Made by a program: the position numbers and the translations under genes
The notes under the pieces: generated by a model
What the model saw: only the letters and a program-made list of their open reading frames with translations
Databases searched by the model: none
What the model was told of the DNA's origin: nothing
Shown: positions 56,064 to 64,000 of the stretch, in pieces
Layout of the letters: each line of letters starts with the position of its first letter
Position numbering within the stretch: the first letter of the stretch is position 1
NCBI GenBank assembly: GCA_965153355.1
Contig: OZ231126.1
Span: forward strand, 21,824,001-21,888,000
Origin: Flaccisagitta enflata
Taxonomy: Eukaryota
Reading direction: 5' to 3'
DNA length: 64,000 bases

Positions 56064-57183
56064 TAATCCTCGACGGTAGCGACTAGTTAAAGAATGTTTA
56101 TTTCAAAGTGGAGAATTGATGTTGACCTTTAAAAAAGTATTGTAAAGATCATTCAAAAGTAAAGTTTTTATATTATTTGTTAGGATTTATGTTTTTTGAA
56201 ATTCTGATTCAGGATTCATATTCGATGAATATCATTTTCTGATTCTACAAGCTTTTTAGGACCCCTGAGCAAAACAAGGCCGGGTACATGACCAATTAGT
56301 AGCCTCCGGTGGATGGGCAGGGGCATAATTTGGATGAGCGGGGGCCTTAGTATGACTGGGCAGAATTCATTTAAGCCGATTACGCGGTATTCAATAAATT
56401 CCTTCCTTCCTACCTCCCTGTGTCGACGCAGCATCTTATAGAGACACTTTGCCACCGAAAAAAAAGTGAGAGAATGAGGTTTATTTTCCTAGCCTATAGC
56501 CGCCTATAGCCGCTGCCCAAAAAGAGAAAAAAAGAAAATTTTAGGAAAAAATTACTTATGGCAGTACCAAATTATAAAACCTGATTGGAAAAACACTATT
56601 TAACACTATTTAAATTGAAAATGTTATTCCATCTTCTTGCTTTATGTGGAAGAAAATCACAGATCTTGCAACCCGATGTGACACGTCACAGAGAAGAAAG
56701 GCAAAGGCAAGGGGGGACTCAAAAGCGACTCTATTTAGGGAAATATCAAGTGGGGCATTCGAAAGATCACATTGTAAAAAGAAAGTGTCCAAATCTGTAA
56801 ACCTCGGTTTAAAGCTCTGTCATTGCATGCAATTTGCATATTTTTCAAATATATGCTGAAAATCAACTAGATCTTGGATCAGAATGCCCAGTATCATGTT
56901 TTTTTCTCGTTAAAATTTCATGGAAAAATCAGAAAAAGGAGGAGTTGCCAGAAAACCATTTAGAGAGTCTCTGAATGGCTCGGTAAATCGAAGGAGTCGG
57001 GATAGCCTTATAGAAAATTGTCTGAGGTTTCCAAATCTGTTTTCAGAAAAATTTTCTCATGACGCGAAAAAACGCGATGATTCCAAGAATGCGATGGAGT
57101 CAAACGCGCGAGTAAATCAGACATGTAAAATTGATGCAAACGATTAGCATTGCTTTTACTGCTGTATCAATTTATGTCTTTTT

Positions 57184-58160
57184 AGTTGAGTGCACGCAAC
57201 TCTTGAACTTGTCGGTCAGTTGGTAGGTCTGTCTGTCTGTCCGTCCATCACATTTTTAAAATTCGGAATTTTTAGGGTAATTTGAGGGTACTTTAGGAGA
57301 TATTAGGTGCTTAAGTCGGGGTGCAAATAAAGATGAAATTTCGGTTTCAGTCTCTTTTTGTAACTATATTCATAACTTTTTTATGATTATTTTGATACAT
57401 TTGTAATTTTGAAGTTTAATATTTTTTTTCATTAGTAAAAGAAACCCTAGTAAGATAAAGGCATAGCTTTGTTCAATTGACAAAGACAAGAAAGAATCAC
57501 TGGAAATAATAGATGCCTTAAAAATAGTAGAGCAAAAATTCAAAACCCATAAAGGGAAAATTCTAAGACTTGAACAAGTTGAACAATTTTGCATTTCTAA
57601 GAATATGGCCCTCATCGTATATGTTCTTAGAATGAGGCCATGTTTTTGAAAATGCAAAATTTTGCATATAGAGAGAGTCTTCGAATTTTCCCCAACACAA
57701 GTCAAGTTGCGAAAATTAAATTTTCTTTAGATTTCCTTCTTTTTTCTCCCCTATTCACTTGCTCAGCACCCTTTCTTTTATGTGCAAATGATTTTCTATG
57801 CAAAACTAAATACAATATCACGTAACAATTATATTCTTTGATGAAAAAATTTGTATTTGTCAAATTTAAAATATTGAAAAAAATGTTTTGACTCGTCTAA
57901 TTTGGTCTTTGTTTGCACCTCAACTTAAGGTAATCAAGGGTATTCAAGGTCAGTTAAGTTGTTGTAAGGAAGGAAGGGAGGAGGGAGGGAAAGAGGGAAG
58001 GATAGTAGGAATGGAAGAAAAGGAAGGAAGGAAGAAAGGAGGAAAGGAATGAAAGAAGGAATGGAGGAAAAGGAAGGTAGGAAAGAAGGAATACGTATGT
58101 ATATAGTTAAGTCTGTAATTGTAATACGGAGCACACAACTGTTGACCTGTTGGGCTTGCT
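57184..58160 (+). mobile_element. HINE-like C-type variant, split by a MITE
   Basis: 5' TTTTAGTTGAGTGCACGCAACTCT, a GTCG/GTCT tract and the 3' end GCACACAACTGTTGACCTGTTGGGCTTG. Confidence 0.6.
57315..57924. mobile_element. TIR MITE flanked by TTAA
   Basis: TTAA|GTCGGGGTGCAAATAAAGA ... TCTTTGTTTGCACCTCAAC|TTAA. It could equally be a TA TSD with an A-starting TIR. Confidence 0.7.
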
Positions 58161-58181
58161 GATTACGATTTTTCCGTTTTT

Positions 58182-59570
58182 AGTCGCGTGCACGCGACTC
58201 TACAACTCCGTCGGTCGGTCCGTCCGTCGGTCCGTCGGTCGGTAACACTTAGCTTTTTTGCGTCGTTTATGGTCATTTAGGGTTGTCTCGAGTCATTTTG
58301 AGTCATTTTTTGTTGCTTTAGGTCATTTTTGATTGTTTTTAATAATTTTTGGTCATTTTTGATCATTTTTGATCATATATGTCATTTTGCTCATTTATGT
58401 CATTTGTGTCATTTTTGGATGTTTAAAGTAGTTTTAAGTTATTTCAAGCCATTTTGGGACATTTCCTGTCATTTTTGGTCATTTGAGATCATTTTTGGTA
58501 TGTTTTGGTCATTTATGTCATTTTGTTCATTTTGATCATTTAACTCATATTTGTCCTTTTTTCTTATTTCTTGTCTTAATAGGTCTTCTTTGGATATTAT
58601 GGGTCACTTTGGGTCATTGTAGGTCATTTTGGGTTATCTTGAGTCGTCATGGGTCCGGGCTAGGGACTCCATCTTTTGTCATTTTTTGGTCTGCTTTAAG
58701 TCTGCTATAAGTCTGGTTTGAGTCTGGTTTAAGTCTTGGTTTGAGTCTGGTTTAAGTTTGGTTTAAGTCTGGTTTAAGTCTGGTTTAAGTCTGGTTTAAG
58801 TTTGGTGTGAGCCTGCTGTAAGCCTGCTGTAAGTCTGGTGTAAGTCTGGTTTAAGTCTGATTTAAGTCTGATTTAGGTTGGGATGAGGTCTGGATTAAGT
58901 CTGGTTTAAGTCTGGTGTAAGTGTGGTGTAAGTGTGGTGTAAGTGTGGTGTAAGTGTGGTGTAAGTCTGGTGTAAGTCTGGTTAAAGTCTGGATTAAGTC
59001 TGGTTTAAGTCTGGTTTAAGTCTGGTTTAAGTCTGGTTTGAGTCTGGTTTGAGTCTGGTTTGAGTCCGGATTGAGTATGGTTTGAATCTGGTTTGAGTCT
59101 GGTTTGAGTCTGGTTTGAGTCCGGCTTGAGTCTGGTTTAAGTCTGGTTTGAGTCTGGTTTAAGACTGGTTTATGTCTGGTTTATGTCTTGTTTATGTCTG
59201 ATTGATTTCTGGTTTGGGTCTGGTTTATGTCTGATTCATGTCTGGTTAAGGTCTGGTTTATGTCTGGTTTATGTCTGGTTTAGGTCTGGTTTAGGTCTGG
59301 TTTAATTCTGGTTTGAGTCTGGTTTGAGTCTGGTTTGAGTCTGGTTTGAGTCTGGTTTGAGCCTGGATTGAGTCTGGTTTGAGTATGGATTCAGTCTGGT
59401 TTGAGTATGGATTCAGTCTGGTTTGAGTCTGGTTTGAGTCTGGTTTGAGTCTGGTTTGGGTCTGGTTTGGGTCAGGTTTAAGTCTGATTTTTGATAAAAA
59501 GATACAATAAGGAGTCACGTCAGTTCAGTCATTTTTGTCCTGCACGCGACTTATAGGTGTTGGCCTTGTT
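58182..59570 (+). mobile_element. Large HINE-like B-type element carrying ~10-bp and 11-bp tandem arrays
   Basis: 5' AGTCGCGTGCACGCGACT and 3' TGCACGCGACTTATAGGTGTTGGCCTTGTT, with internal (GGTCATTTTT)n and (AGTCTGGTTTR)n. Confidence 0.82.
58705..59487. repeat. 11-bp tandem array (AGTCTGGTTTR)n, ~70 units
   Basis: Direct reading. Confidence 0.93.
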
Positions 59571-59757
59571 TAACACTAAAAGCGGCTCTTGCCGTTGGAC
59601 AGACAAACACAGACAGACAGACAGAGAAAAAGAGAGACAGAGACAGACAGACAAAGACAGACAGACAGACAGACACTCAATTTATTGCCAGCAATTATAA
59701 CCTGGAACATTTCAAACTTCAAATAGACTTCAACAACTTGAAACATCATTTTTTAAA

Positions 59758-59926
59758 AACAAGGCCGGATAGGGCCACCAGTTGGGGACGGGTGGGCAGG
59801 GGCGGAAATGCGCGTTTTCCCACTTTTCGACTCAATCACGGACCAACGGACGGACCAACAGACCGACGGACCGACAGACGGACGGACGTACAAAGCCTCT
59901 TATAGAGTTTTGTGTCCGCAACTAAA
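59758..59926 (-). mobile_element. HINE-like family C
   Basis: AACAAGGCCGGATA..GGCCA..AGTTG.GGACGGGTGGGCAGGGGC ... GTGTCCGCAACTAAA. Confidence 0.8.
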
Positions 59927-60181
59927 CATGCAAAAAAATGAAAAAAAAGGGGAAAAAATTTCCAAGACGATACTGATCTTTTATTTTTATCGGGTTTTCC
60001 CGTTTGGGCGAAGCTTTAATTCGAGCTGGGCCGCATCAACTTAAGGGCTAAATGGGCTTAGCCCAGGGGCCTCGCGCCTTTAGGGGCCTCGCACCCTTAG
60101 GAGGGAAAGAAGGAGAAAAGGAAGAAAAAAAAGAGGAAAGAGAAAAAAAGAAAAGGAAAGAAAAAAGAAGGAGAAAAGAAG

Positions 60182-61010
60182 AACAGGTCGCCCAAGGGCA
60201 ATATGTGGTCAGCGATACCCGTTGCCCTGCTTTGAGTGATTGTGAATTGGAGTGAGGGGAAGCAGGGCAGCGGCCCCGAAGGGGACGAAGTCCTGTAGAA
60301 CACAGGGGGACTTTCATTCGTCCTACCTAAGGAAGTGGATGAGATGCTATAGAGGGCTGACTGAAGGCATTCAAGAGCCTAAACTGAGGTCTAAGCAGGC
60401 TGATATAAGGCCTGAGAATGCCAATTAGAAGCTTGAGAGGGCTGACTTAAGGCTTGAGAGAGCTGGATTAAGGCTTGAAAGGCCAGAGGACTGATTTGAG
60501 GCATGAGAGGCTTAATCTGAGGCATGAGAGGCCAGGTTTGAGTCCTGAGAAGCCAGATTTGAGGCCTGAGAAGCCAGATTTGAGGCCTGAGAGGCCAGAT
60601 TTGAGGCCTGAGAGGCCAGATTTGAGGCCTGAGAGGCCAGATTTGAGGCCTGAGAGGCCAGATCTGAGGCCTGAGAGGCTGGATTTGAGGCCTGAGAGGC
60701 CAGATCTGAGGCCTGAGAGGCTAGATTTGAGGCCTGAGAGGCTGGATTTGAGGCCTGAGAGGCCAGATTTGAGGCCTGAGAGGCCAGATCTGAGGCCTGA
60801 GAGGCCAGATTTGAGGCCTGAGAGGCGAGATTTGAGGCCTGAGAGGCCAGATCTGAGGCCTGAGAGGCTGAATTTGAGGCCTAAGAGGCTGAATTTGAGG
60901 CCTGAGGGGTCTGATGAAGGGGGGGACTAACGGACGAATGGACGGATGGACGGACGAACGAAAGTCCCCCTGTGTTCTACAGGACTTCGTCCCCTTCGGG
61001 GCCGCTGCCC
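60182..61010 (-). mobile_element. HINE-like family A2 with a homogeneous 21-bp array
   Basis: Reverse complement of the A2 termini. (GATTTGAGGCCTGAGAGGCCA)n at about 60490-60907. Confidence 0.88.
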
Positions 61011-61448
61011 AAAAAGAGGAAAAAGAAGAAAAAGAAGAAGAAGAAGAAGAAGAAGAAGAAGAAGAAGAAGAAGAAGAAGAAGAAGAAGAAGAAGAAGAAA
61101 TTTTCTTCAAAAGCCTAGAGCTATTTTAAGAACATGAGCTTATGGAAGAAGTAAAGGTGGAAAAAACATGAGGAAAAAGTTTTGACCTTTGAAGGCAAGA
61201 AAAAAATCTCATATAAAGATATATGAATTGAAACATAAAAGTCAATAAGCTTTTTACCAGTTTCTGGTAGGATGATATTTGAGTACCATTTGCTTATGCA
61301 ACAGTTACTTTGCTCATGTGTCACAGAATCAAAAAGTTCTTTTGCACACCATTTGCTTGTGCAAGGGTTCCTTGAAGATGCTCAACCATCAACTTAGATA
61401 AAATAATTGTCAACAAATTTCTTATCAATTGCTAGAGTATGATTTTTT

Positions 61449-61632
61449 AGTCGCGTGCTACGCGACTCTACAACCTGCTATGTCGGTCTGTTGGTTGGTC
61501 GGTCTGTCGGTTGGTCCCCTTTTTACTTTTTTGGCGTTTTTGAGCTTTTTGAGCATATGGCTCCTGCCCAGGTGCCCTGGTGACCCTCTCCAGCACTGCT
61601 CCCGCCCAGCCGCACGCAACTAGGTTAGCCGT
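61449..61632 (+). mobile_element. HINE-like family B, 3' tip truncated
   Basis: AGTCGCGTGCTACGCGACT ... GCACGCAACTAGGTTAGCCGTG. Confidence 0.8.
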
Positions 61633-62113
61633 GACGACATAAATCATAAATCGACATAATCAAATTCTGAAAAAATGCCTGGAAGAGTAGGTTTTAGCAT
61701 TTATTCATGCCAAATTTTAGCATTAGGTCTCAAGTAGTTTAGCCTCAACCGCTTTTTAAGTCAAACTATGAATCATCCAAAATCACTTTTTTTAACTATG
61801 GCAAAAAAAAAGAAGCAAACTACTTGTTTGTCATTGTTTAACATCCAAGCTATGAGAAAAACATAGCAAAGTTCATGACCATTTTGAAGCTCTGCGAAAG
61901 ATCTTTCAAATGAGACCTTGCTGTATGTCCTAGCTCTATCCGTTTAGAAATGGCATTAGGATGAAGACAGGTAGTCAAGAATTTGGAAATTCACTACATG
62001 ATTTTCATGGGTTATCTTTATTCTAACATAAAAATCAAACACATGGAATTAGAAATTTGTTCTTGGTACCATTTTTAAGAAAATTTGAAGCTCTTTAATT
62101 TGCTTCTGGATAA

Positions 62114-62962
62114 CGAGTAACAGTTGGTGAGGTTTTAGATATGGTTTCTTTTTTGGTTAAAGAAACTTATATCAAGGCTTTTGGTCACATCTTTCAGCAA
62201 GTAAAAGGTATTATCATGGGTGGCAAAATTTCTGGTTGGCTCTCTGATTGCTCTTTGATGGTTGATGAATTTCGTTACGTTAAATCTAAGGTCTCCTCCG
62301 GTTTAAGGGAAGATGCTTGCAGGCTTAAGTTTTTCAGACGTTACAGAGACGATTGCACTACTCTTAATTGTCCCAAATTCATTGATATTGCTAGAGAGAT
62401 TTATCCACAGAGCTTGTCGTTAACGCAGGAAAATGAAGATCCCAGTAAGGCTAATGTTCTTGATTTGGAGGTTAGCATTGCAAACTCTATTTGTACTACA
62501 AAGGTTTATTGTAAGACAGATCATTTCCCCTTTGAAGTCATCTCTTTTCCCTTCCTTGAAAGCAACATTGATAATGGTCTATGTTATCGAGTTTTTTACA
62601 GTCAGGTCATTTGATTCCAAAGGTTGTGTTCTAATCGCTGTGATTTTGAGACAAGGACTAGACATTTAGGTATTGTTCTGAAAGGACGTGGTTACATTAT
62701 CTCTTGGCTTGAAAAGGAATTTTGTAAAGCAGTAAGAAAATATATCTCTGAGTTTCAAAAGTGGTCTCTTCCTTTTGATTTCAATGCCTGGTTCAAACGC
62801 ATAATGAATAAACGCCGTGACAGTCAATCTGCTTTAGATGTCTCTACATCCTCTCAGCCTGTATCTGGTCAATCTGCCTTGCCTGTCCCTATGTCCTTCT
62901 CCCAGCCTGTACCCGGTTTCGACTCACGAAGTGATATTTTGAGTTACTTAAGTCAACCTTAG
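62114..62962 (+). pseudogene. 5'-truncated Penelope-like element reverse transcriptase (palm motifs B'-E plus thumb), Naiad-like, with one in-frame TGA
   Basis: Motifs FGHIFQQVKGIIMGG (B'), FFRRYRDD (C), IYPQSLSL, NVLDLEV (E), TKVYCKTDHFPF..FPFLESNI..YRVFYSQVI*FQRLCS and GY..SWLEKEF match the PLE RT/thumb pattern as I recall it. ORFs 62141-62614 and 62624-62962 are in the same frame, separated by TGA at 62612-62614. No GIY-YIG domain follows. Confidence 0.85.
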
Positions 62963-64000
62963 AGTCTTTGCTTTAAGCATGGTGGACTGTTTACATAGCC
63001 TCAATGATTTTAGCATTTGGCAACTGTTGCTTGTGTACTATTTACATAGACTTTAGCAGTTGTTGCTTACTCTTTTGATTGACTTACTATAGGTAGTATG
63101 CCGGTTTCTCTTTTGATTTTCACAGGTTTTGAATATTTTAAGGTTTTAAGGTTTTTCAAAAATCTAGACTTCTAGTTTTCATTTTAGTTAAATTTTCAAT
63201 TTCAAGTTTTGAATTTTAAGTTTCAAATTCTAAGTTTTTAAGTCTTTAAGTTTTGAAAAAAATATAAAAAATTTTTAAAAAGTTTTTTAAAATTAAATTT
63301 TTTTAAGTTTTTGGATTTTAAAATTTTTTGATAATTTTGGAAAAATTCTTTAAAGTTTTTGGGAATTTTTAGGAAATTTTTAAAAATTTTTAAAGTTTTA
63401 AAGTTTTAAAAATTTTTCAGTTTTCCAAAAAATTTAAGTTTAAAGTTTTTTTCATTTTTCAAAATTTTTAAGTTTTTAGTTTTTAAGTTTAAATTTAAAG
63501 TTTTTTCTTATTCCTTCCCAATTGTCTGTACTATTTACTTAGCCTTAAAGTTGGTTTGGAATAAGACTCTTTCGTTCTACTCCTGATCTAAGTTTCTCCC
63601 CCAACCTACCCCTACCCTCTTCCTACCCTCCCACCACTACCTCCCACCCACTCTGCTACCCCCACCTTTGACCCAGCCCTACCTCCTACCTACCTACCTA
63701 CTCCAACCTCCCACCTACCCCTACCTACCAACCCCTGCCTACCCTTCTACCCATACATCCTACCTTCTCCTATCTAACTAACCCCATCTCCTACCTACCC
63801 TCCTACCCAACCTCTTACCAACCCCTACCTCCTACCTACCCCACCTTTTGTTTATTTTATCGCATATCTCCCTCTACCTCTACCTTACACTGCCTCTACT
63901 TTCTTTGACCATTTGTTTTTTCCTTTATTTCAACTATCTTCACCTGTACCTTTGACCACTGAAGCCCTGTTGATCACATGACCTATCCTCTTCCTCATCT
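62963..64000 (+). other. Probable 3' non-coding region of the PLE: A/T-tract repeats, then a C-rich (CCTAC-like) tract
   Basis: Directly downstream of the RT stop. AAGTTTT/AATTTT repeats at about 63120-63510 and CCTA/CCTACC/CCAACC repeats at about 63595-63900. The element boundary is not visible. Confidence 0.4.

Noticed and set aside
60475..60930. 151-aa ORF of DLRPERP heptads
   Set aside because: It is the translation of the 21-bp array inside an A2 element. The frame stays open only because the period is a multiple of three.

Overview
Repeat-saturated, essentially non-coding eukaryotic DNA, probably from an invertebrate animal (an intron or intergenic region). I recognise no host gene, tRNA, rRNA or CRISPR array, and nearly all ORFs in the track are microsatellite or minisatellite artefacts. 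The window contains: (1) more than 25 copies or fragments of non-autonomous elements with Helentron/DINE-1 (HINE)-like architecture, in at least 5 families. They show a 5' hairpin plus subterminal inverted repeat, a GTCY microsatellite, internal tandem repeats, a 3' mini-hairpin and insertion into T-runs. (2) About a dozen TIR MITEs with TA or 8-bp target-site duplications (TSDs), including a 1.46-kb near-perfect hAT-type fold-back. (3) A four-level nested insertion at 28.0-30.2 kb. (4) A ~913-bp tandem duplication. (5) Many very long microsatellites. (6) One real protein remnant: a 5'-truncated Penelope-like reverse transcriptase (62114-62962) with no C-terminal endonuclease (Naiad-like layout) and one in-frame TGA. 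All calls come from reading the sequence by eye; no database searches were run.
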